In this document: positions 9,993-19,173 of the stretch, piece by piece | How the letters are laid out: every line of letters starts with the position of its first letter | How positions within the stretch are numbered: position 1 is the stretch's first letter | DNA from: Nitrospirales bacterium | Lineage (GTDB): Bacteria > Nitrospirota > Nitrospiria > Nitrospirales > UBA8639 | Direction: 5' to 3' | NCBI GenBank assembly: GCA_965223295.1 | Contig: CBDCWC010000003.1 | Location: 768,001 to 832,000, forward strand | DNA: 64,000 nt | Made by a program: the position numbers and the translations under genes | Notes under the pieces: generated by a model | Told to the model about the DNA's origin: nothing | Seen by the model: the letters and a program-made list of their open reading frames with translations, nothing else | The model's database searches: none

Positions 9993-10032
9993 AAGAAGAC
10001 CTGACACAAAAAACGTATCCACGCAGCTCGAC

Positions 10033-11061
10033 TCAAAACTTTTCAACTTTCCGGAACAACTCAATTTCGTCTAGGACCTTTCCAACGCCATAGACCACAG
10101 ATGTGAGCGGATCTTCAACGGTAATGATCGGCAAATTCGTCTCCTCTTGAAACCGCGTCGCTAAACCCGGCAGCATGGATCCACCACCCGTAATCACCAC
10201 ACCCTTATCAATAATATCTCCAGCCAATTCAGGCGGGGTATTTTCGAGTGAGGTGCGCAAGGCATTCACAATGGAATGAATGGGGTCTTCCAAGGCTTCC
10301 CGAATTTCGGAATCATTGACCACAACGGTCCTGGGAATTCCGGAAATCATGTCCCGCCCTTTGACCATCATGGTCTTGGCTTGTTCTAACGGATACGCCG
10401 AGCCCACTTCTATTTTCACCCGCTCAGCCATATGTTCGCCGATAAGCAAATTATATCGACGCTTGATATAGCTCATGATGGCATCGTCCATGGAATCACC
10501 CGCCACCTTGACCGACTCACTGCACACAATTCCGCCCAAAGAAATCACAGCAATATCAGTCGTGCCTCCACCAATATCCACCACCATATTCCCTGAAGGC
10601 TCGGTTATCGGCAGACCCGCACCAATAGCCGCGGCCACAGGTTCTTCAATCAGATAGACTTCTCGCGCACCAGCTTGATTAGCGGATTCCCGAACCGCTC
10701 GCTGCTCAACTTCAGTGATCCGTGAGGGCACGCCAATAATACAGCGAGGCCGCACAAACGCTCGCCGGTTGTGGGATTTGGTAATAAAATACTCCAACAT
10801 CCGTTCCGTCATCGCAAAATCGGCAATCACACCTTCTTTAATCGGACGAATAGCCACAATATTGCCTGGCGTCCGCCCCACCATACGCTTGGCCTCTACC
10901 CCGACGGCCAACACCGAGTTAGATTGCTTATCTAGAGCAACCACCGAGGGTTCGCTCAAGGTGATACCCTTCCCTCGAACATACACCAATGTCGTGGCCG
11001 TCCCTAAATCAATGGCCAGATCACTTGAAAACCACCCAAGCACATCACTTAACCCTGCCAT
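10033..11061 (-). CDS. mreB: Rod shape-determining protein MreB
   Basis: DLAIDLGTA, IEEPVAAAIGAGLP, VDIGGGTT and LENTPPELAGDI motifs. Confidence 0.95.
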   Translation of the reverse strand: MAGLSDVLGWFSSDLAIDLGTATTLVYVRGKGITLSEPSVVALDKQSNSVLAVGVEAKRMVGRTPGNIVAIRPIKEGVIADFAMTERMLEYFITKSHNRRAFVRPRCIIGVPSRITEVEQRAVRESANQAGAREVYLIEEPVAAAIGAGLPITEPSGNMVVDIGGGTTDIAVISLGGIVCSESVKVAGDSMDDAIMSYIKRRYNLLIGEHMAERVKIEVGSAYPLEQAKTMMVKGRDMISGIPRTVVVNDSEIREALEDPIHSIVNALRTSLENTPPELAGDIIDKGVVITGGGSMLPGLATRFQEETNLPIITVEDPLTSVVYGVGKVLDEIELFRKVEKF

Positions 11062-11547
11062 GGAGCCCCCATACAAGACTGTGGTTCAGAAAATGCTGAT
11101 TATGTATCCGTGCATCACGCACTCTCGACATATATCGGGAAACGATTTGCAAAAATAAAGGAATAAATGAAAAAAGTTTAGGAATGCGGGATATTCGAGA
11201 ACTCATCGCCTCATCCATGAAACCTCGAGATAGGGCAATAGATCGGTATTTCCACTACCTCAATCGAAAACACGATTTGTCCACGGTGACAGCATACATA
11301 CCTGGCAGGCCCTCATCGGCCCGCCACAGGCTAGGCGATCACTGTGCCGATGTCAAGAGTGAAGATGAGACCTCGTCAAGATCATGCCACCACAAAAAAA
11401 GGCAAGAGGTATCATCCCCAAAATTTGCTCTCTATCTGACTCTCAGGGCGCTTGCTCTCAAGAGGGTGTATGGTATAAGTAGGAAGGCCTCTTCATGTTA
11501 TAGTGATGGGGTACTGATTTTCTCCTGGAGTAAGAGTTACCTTCATC

Positions 11548-12987
11548 GTGTCCAAAAAATTTCTGCTGATTGTTATTTTCCTCGGTCTCACCGCGACGTA
11601 CCTAGGTATTATTGGAAACGCACGATGGGGAGATTCGTCTCCTCCTGAGATTTCTGTGGAACAACCCTTCGAAAAGGTTGGACCGACCACACCACTTATC
11701 GTCAACATTCAGGATAAAGATACCGGTCTTCGTGATATCTCAATCCGTATTATCCATAATTTGGAGACATACCTCTTAGCTGAGGAAACATTTCCATCCG
11801 AGGGTTGGCTGTCAGTTGACGGTGGCAAAGAGCATGAGTTCAGATTTGAGCGTATCCCCTATGGCGGCTCAGAACTTCCACGACGACAAGGACAGGCGCA
11901 ACTCATTATCACCGCCCGGGATTATTCCTGGCGGAATTTGTTTGAAGGCAACAGCCAGCGTATTGAAAAAGATTTCACGCCGCAGTTTTCGCCGCCTCGC
12001 CTAGAAGTGTTGTCGCTGCCAACCACTATCGTCCAAGGTGGATCGGGTGTGGTGCGATACCGGGTCATCCCGGACGTTCCCAACCACGGCGTCAAAATTG
12101 GCAAAGCTTTTTTCCCCGGGTTTCCGGCACCAGATAAAGCTGGCATGTTTGCCTTTATTGCGTTTCCATACAATGCGCCTCGAAATTCACCCATTCAAAT
12201 TATGGCAGATGATGGATTTGGAAATAGCGCGCTTTTGGATGTGGATTTCCAGATCAAACCTAAATTTTGGCGCACCCGGCCGATAAAAATTTCTGACAAA
12301 TTTATTCGCAAAACCGTCCCATCTATTTTGGCGCAAACGCCTGAACTGACCCGTCAGGGCGATCTGCTTCAGGACTTTCTCCTCGTCAACGACACCTTAC
12401 GGAAGATCAATAATGAAACCATTACAGAACTCACCAAGCAGTCTCGCCCAGAACTTTTATGGAAAGGTGCCTTTCGTCAACTCTCCGGGTCAAAAGTACA
12501 AGCCTCATTCGCAGACCATCGAGAGTATCTCTACAAAGGAAAAGTGGTGGATACTCAGGATCATTTAGGGTTTGACTTGGCCGTCACGAAGCATTATCCC
12601 GTGGAAGCGGCAAATCATGGAGTCGTGATCTATGCCGGATACCTTGGGATCTACGGCAATACGGTTATTCTGGATCATGGCTATGGACTCCTGTCGCTGT
12701 ATGCTCATATGTCCTCGATTAATGTCAACGTGAAGGATGAGGTAACCATGGGCCAGCCGCTTGGCAAATCAGGCACAACTGGCCTCGCGGGTGGTGACCA
12801 TTTACACTTTAGCCTCATATTACATGGTGAACAGGTGAACCCCACAGAATGGTGGGATCCCTTCTGGGTAAAAACACGCATTAAAGACAAACTCGGCCTG
12901 CCTTCTCTCATTAAAGCATCCGAGGTTGAGCCTGAAGCAGAATCATCTGGTGAAGAACTTGGCCCCAAACCTCCACCCGTGCCCTAA
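11548..12987 (+). CDS. M23 family metallopeptidase
   Basis: HLGFD, YGNTVILDHG, YAHMS and HLHF motifs; N-terminal membrane anchor. Confidence 0.9.
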   Translation: MSKKFLLIVIFLGLTATYLGIIGNARWGDSSPPEISVEQPFEKVGPTTPLIVNIQDKDTGLRDISIRIIHNLETYLLAEETFPSEGWLSVDGGKEHEFRFERIPYGGSELPRRQGQAQLIITARDYSWRNLFEGNSQRIEKDFTPQFSPPRLEVLSLPTTIVQGGSGVVRYRVIPDVPNHGVKIGKAFFPGFPAPDKAGMFAFIAFPYNAPRNSPIQIMADDGFGNSALLDVDFQIKPKFWRTRPIKISDKFIRKTVPSILAQTPELTRQGDLLQDFLLVNDTLRKINNETITELTKQSRPELLWKGAFRQLSGSKVQASFADHREYLYKGKVVDTQDHLGFDLAVTKHYPVEAANHGVVIYAGYLGIYGNTVILDHGYGLLSLYAHMSSINVNVKDEVTMGQPLGKSGTTGLAGGDHLHFSLILHGEQVNPTEWWDPFWVKTRIKDKLGLPSLIKASEVEPEAESSGEELGPKPPPVP

Positions 12988-13087
12988 AGTAAAAAAACAT
13001 GAGAGGTACGGGGTCAGGCAGGAAGTGAAAGCATCACACTCCTTCATTTTTCTGTTTGCCTTTTTTCTCATTACAGACATTTTCCAA

Positions 13088-13280
13088 TGGGACTGTTGAA
13101 TAATGATGATATCAACGTCCAAATTTCGTCTCTGCGAGATGACATGTCAGAGGCCTCGGGGCTGTTCAAAAAATTCCGTCCAGCAAGGCCGCAGCCATTG
13201 TTGCGCGCGGAGCGTACTGGTAGTACATGAGCACGGGAAAATGGTGAGAACGCCGCTGGCGGCTTTTTTCAACAGACCCT
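13088..13280 (+). mobile_element. Long (193 bp) MITE, family B
   Basis: Ends TGGGACTGTTGAATAA / TTTTTTCAACAGACCCT; colinear with 6333-6525. Confidence 0.85.
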
Positions 13281-13302
13281 AATCATCGCAAGGCTTTGAT
13301 CT

Positions 13303-15723
13303 ATGGCTAAACGCCCAAAAATTCCTCCGTCATCCAAGGCGGCAACCGCCACGACAGTGATTCCTGTTCCGTTAGATGAAACGACACGAGAACGGTATTT
13401 GAATTATGCGCTATCCGTCATTACTTCACGAGCGCTGCCCGACATTCGCGACGGATTAAAGCCGGTACAGCGGCGCATCTTGTATTCAATGTTCCAGAAC
13501 CACCGCCTCACGCCGGAACGCCCCCCGATTAAAAGCGCCAAAGTCGTGGGATCAGTCATCGGTGAATGGCATCCACACGGCGATGTGGCCGTCTACGATG
13601 CCATGGCACGTATGGCCCAACCGTGGTCGCTGCGTGCCACCCTCGTTGATGGCCATGGGAATTTCGGGAGCCAAGATGGAGACCGCCCTGCTGCCTACCG
13701 ATATACCGAAGCCCGACTGACGCCACTGGCCCTTGAACTGTTGAACGAACTGAACAAAAACACCGTCGACTTTCACCCCAATTACGATGGCAAAGCTGAA
13801 GAACCCCTGGTCCTGCCTTCACGCTTTCCTAATCTGCTCGTTAACGGATCAACCGGTATTGCGGTTGGCATGGCCACTAACATGCCTCCACATAATTTGG
13901 GCGAAGTCATTGACGCAGCTATTGCCCTCATCGGCAACCGAAACGCCTCCATTTCTGATCTGATGAAATCCTTGAAAGGTCCTGACTTCCCGACCGGCGG
14001 TGAAATCCTCAACACGCGCACGGAAATTCGGGAAATCTACGAAACCGGCCAGGGTTCAATCCGACTGCGCGGAGAATATACGGTTCGCACGGTGGGAGCC
14101 GGAAAATCGGAAATACTCATTACCTCAATTCCATTTGCTGTTGATAAAGCCACGATTGTCGAACGCATTGGGGAGCTGATTCTCACCAAAAAGATCCCTC
14201 AGTTAGTTGACGTGCGTGACGAATCCACCACCGACGTGCGCATTGCATTGGAATGTCAAAAAGACGCCGACCCCCATTTGGCTATGGCCTATTTGTTCAA
14301 ACATACGCCGCTTCAAAACAATTTTTCCGTGAACATGACCTGTTTAGTGCCGATTCCCAGCTCATCTATGTCACGACCCGACTGCCTCAACCTCAAGCAA
14401 ATGCTGGAGCAGTTCATCGACTTCCGGTTCACGACGGTCACACGCCGATTCACCTATGACCTGCAAGTCTTGGAACGCCGCATTCACATACTATATGGCT
14501 TTAAGAAAATTTTTGATGCGCTTGATCAGGTCTTAAAAATCATCAGACAAAGTGACGGCAAGTCCGACTCTGCCACCAAGCTTCAACAACGGTTTGGGCT
14601 GGACCCAATCCAGACTGACACCATTCTTGAAACACCCATTTATAAATTGTCCAGAACCGAAATAAAAAAGATGTTGGACGAACTGAAAGACAAACTGCGT
14701 CAAGCCAAAGATCTCAAAACACTCTTAGGTTCTAAAACACGATTATGGGGAGTGGTGAAAAAGGAGTTAGGGGAGGTCGCCAGGACCTTTGGGGACAAAC
14801 GGCGAACGAAGATAGGCCGCCGCCAAACGGAAGAAGTCGAATTCGATCCTGATGCGTTCAGAGTCAAAGAGGATGCGGTTATCACAATCTCCACCGACGG
14901 CTGGATCCGGCGTGTTGGGCTGATTAAGGATCTGTCGAAAGCCCGCGTTCGTGAAGGTGACCGCCTGATGACCATACTCGGAGGAAATACGTTTGACTCT
15001 CTGGTCATTTTTTCAAATTTCGGCAGCGCTTACACGATACGAGTTGGAGACATTCCTCCTGCCAGAAGCGGTTATGGAGACCCCGTACAGAAACTCTTTA
15101 AATTTAAAGATGGCGAACGCATCATCGGCGGATGGAGCTATGATCCCCGCATGTTGTCTTATCTTGGAAACCCTTTTTCATCTCCAAAATCAAACGGTGG
15201 GCAACTGGCCCTGTTCGATAAAAAAGGTCACCCTCAAACGACCGTCTCTCTGGAGGCCATCGCTGTCACGACCAGCGGGATGGGGCTTCGCATTGCTCTC
15301 AGTTCGTTTCAGGAGCCTTCAACTCGATTGGGACGAAAGTTTTGTAAGCTTAAAGATGGTGAAGAAGTTGTAAGTTTGGAAGTTATTACCGGCCCACTCA
15401 AACAAACCATGGTTGCGGTGGCTTCCACCAAAGGGCGGGCGCTCTTGTGCAAAGCTGAAGACATCGCCCAGTTGGCGGGTCCTGGCCGCGGTGTCATTGT
15501 GCTGAAGTTGGACCCTAAAGATACTCTGGTTGGTTTTAAACTCTTGTATTCCAAGGAGGACCGCTTGGTCCTCCTCAAAGAAGGGGGCGGCACAATTCCA
15601 GTGACCCTTTGTAAATATCAAGTGGTGGGACGCGGAGGGAAAGGGCATGCCCTCATCAAACGAGGCCGCTTCAGCGGAATGGAACCGGCTGACGTGAGCA
15701 TCCCGGTTTTTCAAACGGAATGA
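13303..15723 (+). CDS. parC: Type IIA topoisomerase subunit A (topoisomerase IV-like)
   Basis: RALPDIRDGLKPVQRR, HPHGD, catalytic AAYRYTEARL, GPDFPTGG; no GyrA-box at the start of the CTD. Confidence 0.8.
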   Translation: MAKRPKIPPSSKAATATTVIPVPLDETTRERYLNYALSVITSRALPDIRDGLKPVQRRILYSMFQNHRLTPERPPIKSAKVVGSVIGEWHPHGDVAVYDAMARMAQPWSLRATLVDGHGNFGSQDGDRPAAYRYTEARLTPLALELLNELNKNTVDFHPNYDGKAEEPLVLPSRFPNLLVNGSTGIAVGMATNMPPHNLGEVIDAAIALIGNRNASISDLMKSLKGPDFPTGGEILNTRTEIREIYETGQGSIRLRGEYTVRTVGAGKSEILITSIPFAVDKATIVERIGELILTKKIPQLVDVRDESTTDVRIALECQKDADPHLAMAYLFKHTPLQNNFSVNMTCLVPIPSSSMSRPDCLNLKQMLEQFIDFRFTTVTRRFTYDLQVLERRIHILYGFKKIFDALDQVLKIIRQSDGKSDSATKLQQRFGLDPIQTDTILETPIYKLSRTEIKKMLDELKDKLRQAKDLKTLLGSKTRLWGVVKKELGEVARTFGDKRRTKIGRRQTEEVEFDPDAFRVKEDAVITISTDGWIRRVGLIKDLSKARVREGDRLMTILGGNTFDSLVIFSNFGSAYTIRVGDIPPARSGYGDPVQKLFKFKDGERIIGGWSYDPRMLSYLGNPFSSPKSNGGQLALFDKKGHPQTTVSLEAIAVTTSGMGLRIALSSFQEPSTRLGRKFCKLKDGEEVVSLEVITGPLKQTMVAVASTKGRALLCKAEDIAQLAGPGRGVIVLKLDPKDTLVGFKLLYSKEDRLVLLKEGGGTIPVTLCKYQVVGRGGKGHALIKRGRFSGMEPADVSIPVFQTE

Positions 15724-15812
15724 ACACCTTAAGATATCTAAAGGTTTCTTAGAGATCACAGGAGATTATTAATAGGGATATAGGGAATCATTGTGTTTGA
15801 TTATCCTTAAAG

Positions 15813-15964
15813 TCCCCCTCCATTGTAAGGACGGGGAATTTTTCCGAAGAGGGAAAATTCGGGAGGTAGAAACGTGGAGTGGGAACACGTCAGTTTCAAC
15901 CGACAACTTATTGCCAATTGCACAATTCTACCTCACCTTAATCCTCCCCTTACAAAGGGGAGGA
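15813..15964. repeat. Inverted doublet of the TCTACC/ACA-loop palindromic repeat (family R)
   Basis: Reverse unit 15813-15870 and forward unit 15927-15964 (TCTACC..TCCTCCCCTT-ACA-AAGGGGAGGA), 56 bp apart. Confidence 0.85.
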
Positions 15965-16057
15965 CGCTTACTGAACCACGCTTCGGACTACGCCTGCGGA
16001 AACAGCATTCCCAAAAAATTCCGCAGTGCGTTCTTTTCAACCTAGAAGGATTACGGA

Positions 16058-18007
16058 ATGGCTAAATCATACGGTGCGAGTGACATCTTGGTCCTAGAGG
16101 GCATTGAACCCGTTCGTCGTCGACCCGCCATGTATATTGGTGGAACGGATAAGACCGGGCTTCATCATTTGGTCTGGGAGATCTTAGACAATGCCATAGA
16201 TGAGGTCATGAATGGTTATGCCTCTCAAATAATTCTGGAGCTGGATAAATCTCGAGAGGGCATTCGCATCACCGATAATGGTCGAGGCATTCCCGTTGAC
16301 AAACACCCCAAACACAAAAAATCTGCGTTAGAAATTATCATGACCACCTTGCATGCCGGTGGAAAATTTGAAACTGGCAGCTATATTCATTCTGGGGGGT
16401 TACATGGAGTCGGCGCTTCCGTCGTAAATGCCCTCTCTCGACATTTAGAAGTCCAAGTCAAACGAGACGGAAAGGAATGGGAACAGACCTATCAAGCGGG
16501 AATTCCGCAAGGTCCAGTAAAAAGTAAGGGAAAAGGCGGTGTGCGAGGTACAGGAACCTCCGTGTACTTTCGTCCTGACCCCAAGATTTTTGGAAAGACC
16601 ACTCAGTTCGATCCAACCATGCTGCAGGACACGTTGGATGCCAAAGCCTATTTGCATAAAGGCTTAAAACTCACGTTTAAGGACGGAACCACAGGCCAGA
16701 CTCATCAATTTCATCATGGACAAGGGCTCCAAGAATATTTGCAAAAACTGGTAGGAGACCGAGGGAAGAAGCCCACGGTGGACTTTGTGTTTTATCTTGA
16801 ACGTCAACTTGGGAACGAAACATCAAGCTCGAATAGTGGCACTCAAAACATTGGCCTGGAGCTAGCCCTCCAGTGGACCGACGAACCAGCCGAATTCGTC
16901 AAAAGCTATGTGAATGGGGTCGCCACGCCTAATGGTGGCACACATGAAATGGGCCTCCGTGGTGGCCTTGTGAAGGCCGTGCGCAATTACATTGAGACCC
17001 ACAACTTAGTGCCCAAAGGACTTTCCTTGCAAGCTGAAGATATTCGCGAGGGCATGGCGGCCGTTCTCAGCGTGCTGGTCTTACACCCACAATTTCAAGG
17101 ACAAACAAAGGAACGGCTAAATAATCCTGAAGTCCAAGCCCAAGTAGACACCATTATCCGACCTGCCTTGGAAAACTATCTGAATAAAAATTCGACCATC
17201 GCCGAAACTCTAGTGGGACGAATGGTCCTAGCGGCACGAGCCCGCGAAGCATCGCGGGAAGCCTCAAAAGCGGTGATGCGCAAATCGGCCGTAAGCCACC
17301 GTCTGAATCTTCCGGGCAAACTGGCTGATTGCCAAAGCACTGATCCCACCATCAGCGAATTGTTCATCGTAGAGGGTGACTCGGCTGGAGGAACAGCAAA
17401 ACAGGGGCGAGATTTAAAAACCCAAGCCATCTTGCCCATCCGCGGCAAAGTCCTGAACACGGAAGAACTCACGCTCGCCAAGGTGGTGGAGAACAAAGAG
17501 CTGGCGGATCTCGTGAAAGTACTAGGCTGTGGAATTGGGAAAGATTTTACCCTCAACAAACTTCGCTATCACAAAATCATTTTGCTGATGGATGCCGATA
17601 TTGATGGCTATCACATTAGTACCTTGTTACTCACCTTTTTCTTTCGCCATATGCCAGAACTGATTCGGGGCGGCCATGTTTTTATCGCCCAGCCCCCGCT
17701 GTATCGCATTGAAATAGGCAAAGAAATTCAGTGGGCCGGAACTGACGAAGAAAAGGATAAAATTGTGACAGGTGCTCGTGCCAACGCCAAACCCATCATT
17801 AGCCGCTTTAAAGGGCTAGGGGAAATGTTTCCACAACAACTCAAAGAGACCACCTTAAACCAGTCGACCCGTCGCTTACTCAAAGTCGAACTCCTCGACG
17901 AACTCAACACCGACCGCACATTCCATGATTTGATGGGCAAACGCACCGATGCGCGTTATGAATTTCTCATGGCCAACGCCGGCTCTGTTGAGAATTTGGA
18001 TGTGTAA
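16058..18007 (+). CDS. parE: Type IIA topoisomerase subunit B (topoisomerase IV-like)
   Basis: EPVRRRPAMYIG, DNGRGIP, GLHGVG, VEGDSAGG, PIRGK, DADIDG and RFKGLGEM motifs; 649 aa. Confidence 0.8.
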   Translation: MAKSYGASDILVLEGIEPVRRRPAMYIGGTDKTGLHHLVWEILDNAIDEVMNGYASQIILELDKSREGIRITDNGRGIPVDKHPKHKKSALEIIMTTLHAGGKFETGSYIHSGGLHGVGASVVNALSRHLEVQVKRDGKEWEQTYQAGIPQGPVKSKGKGGVRGTGTSVYFRPDPKIFGKTTQFDPTMLQDTLDAKAYLHKGLKLTFKDGTTGQTHQFHHGQGLQEYLQKLVGDRGKKPTVDFVFYLERQLGNETSSSNSGTQNIGLELALQWTDEPAEFVKSYVNGVATPNGGTHEMGLRGGLVKAVRNYIETHNLVPKGLSLQAEDIREGMAAVLSVLVLHPQFQGQTKERLNNPEVQAQVDTIIRPALENYLNKNSTIAETLVGRMVLAARAREASREASKAVMRKSAVSHRLNLPGKLADCQSTDPTISELFIVEGDSAGGTAKQGRDLKTQAILPIRGKVLNTEELTLAKVVENKELADLVKVLGCGIGKDFTLNKLRYHKIILLMDADIDGYHISTLLLTFFFRHMPELIRGGHVFIAQPPLYRIEIGKEIQWAGTDEEKDKIVTGARANAKPIISRFKGLGEMFPQQLKETTLNQSTRRLLKVELLDELNTDRTFHDLMGKRTDARYEFLMANAGSVENLDV

Positions 18008-18095
18008 AGACAGAAGTCCAAAAAAAATTCTTTTCACTTTCCTCAAATTTCTCATTTGATCCCGACCTTCGGTTACTCACCTAGTGGTCTTTCCC

Positions 18096-18130
18096 CACAA
18101 CTCCCTGTACATTCATAGAAGGGTTGGGTA
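18096..18130. repeat. 35-bp imperfect direct repeat, copy 1
   Basis: CACAACTCCCTGTACATTCATAGAAGGGTTGGGTA; 27/35 identical to 19048-19082. Confidence 0.6.
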
Positions 18131-18146
18131 GCATGCATCCCTCGTA

Positions 18147-18680
18147 ATGAACACACATTCTTCCAAGAAAAAGATCGTCATTTTGGCTGGCCCAAACGGT
18201 GCAGGGGAAACGACCTTTGCTCGGGAATTTCTTCCAAACGAAGCTGAATGCCCAAGGTTTATTAATGTTGATCTCATTGCAGAGGGACTCTCCCCTTTCG
18301 ATCCTGCGATAGCCGCATTCAAAGCCGGCCGCGTGATGGTTCAGGAGATCTCAACACTCGTACGCCGTCGGGAGAGTTTCGCCTTTGAAACGACACTAAG
18401 TGGACTCAGATACGCACGACTTATTCCTCAATGGAGAAAAAAAGGATACTTCGTCAAGCTTATTTTTCTCCAACTGCCAAATCCAGAAATGGCCATTGCC
18501 CGAGTTGAAGGGCGGATCATTCAAGGGGGGCATGCCGTCACAAAGGAAGTGATACGAAGAAGGCACAAAGCTGGATGGCACAACTTCCAACACATCTATA
18601 AACTTCTTGTCGACACATGGATTTTGTATGATAATGCATTGGAAAAACCAAGATATGTTAGCTCAGGAGTCAAAGAGTAA
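18147..18680 (+). CDS. Zeta-toxin-like P-loop ATPase with a Walker A K-to-E change
   Basis: LAGPNGAGETT, FINVDLIA, FAFETTLSG and RIIQGGH motifs. Confidence 0.85.
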   Translation: MNTHSSKKKIVILAGPNGAGETTFAREFLPNEAECPRFINVDLIAEGLSPFDPAIAAFKAGRVMVQEISTLVRRRESFAFETTLSGLRYARLIPQWRKKGYFVKLIFLQLPNPEMAIARVEGRIIQGGHAVTKEVIRRRHKAGWHNFQHIYKLLVDTWILYDNALEKPRYVSSGVKE

Positions 18681-18937
18681 TGGCCAAAAAACAAGCAGCC
18701 ATCAATGATCCAGATCTTGCTAAAGTTGGTGTAGCCCTTAAGCGCGCTGCAGCAAATGCCAGGAAATTAGGATTCGAGACCAACACTCCCGTCTATGTGT
18801 ATCGAGATGGGAAAATAGTCGATATCGTGGCTGAACACCGAAAAACACAATCACGCAAAAAAGTGGGAAACAACACTTCAAAACCACCAAAACAGGGCCG
18901 GACTAGACAACCCTCTAGCACGAAACCCAAGCGATAA
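18680..18937 (+). CDS. Small partner of the zeta-like ATPase (putative antitoxin)
   Basis: Translationally coupled (TAATG). ALKRAA..AR....TNTPVYVYRDGKIV pattern is typical of genes downstream of these ATPases. Confidence 0.7.
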   Translation: MAKKQAAINDPDLAKVGVALKRAAANARKLGFETNTPVYVYRDGKIVDIVAEHRKTQSRKKVGNNTSKPPKQGRTRQPSSTKPKR

Positions 18938-19047
18938 CCCTTTCTTGTTTCCCATTTGCCCCATATGAGTAAAGTCCCTCCATCACACCAAACCCGGTTC
19001 ATCAGCCTTTCCTAGCCCAACGATTTCATCAGCCCCATCCTGAACCA

Positions 19048-19082
19048 CACAACTCCCTATACTTTTTTAAGGAGGTTGGGTA
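19048..19082. repeat. 35-bp imperfect direct repeat, copy 2
   Basis: CACAACTCCCTATACTTTTTTAAGGAGGTTGGGTA. Confidence 0.6.
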
Positions 19083-19173
19083 CATTCTTCCTAATAAGGA
19101 ATAGAGCCAGCCCGGGACTCATAGTCACTCCTGTTATCATCCCCATCCTTAATAAATGGAAGCTTAATTAGGT

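Noticed and set aside
15791-16065. ORFs containing CKDGEFFRRGKIREVET or PPLTKGR (also 31799-32197, 31903-32109, 36512-36859)
   Set aside because: Read-through of family-R repeats; no other coding signal
13303-18007. Calling the pair DNA gyrase (gyrA/gyrB)
   Set aside because: No canonical GyrA-box position and reversed gene order; topo IV-like preferred, though not proven
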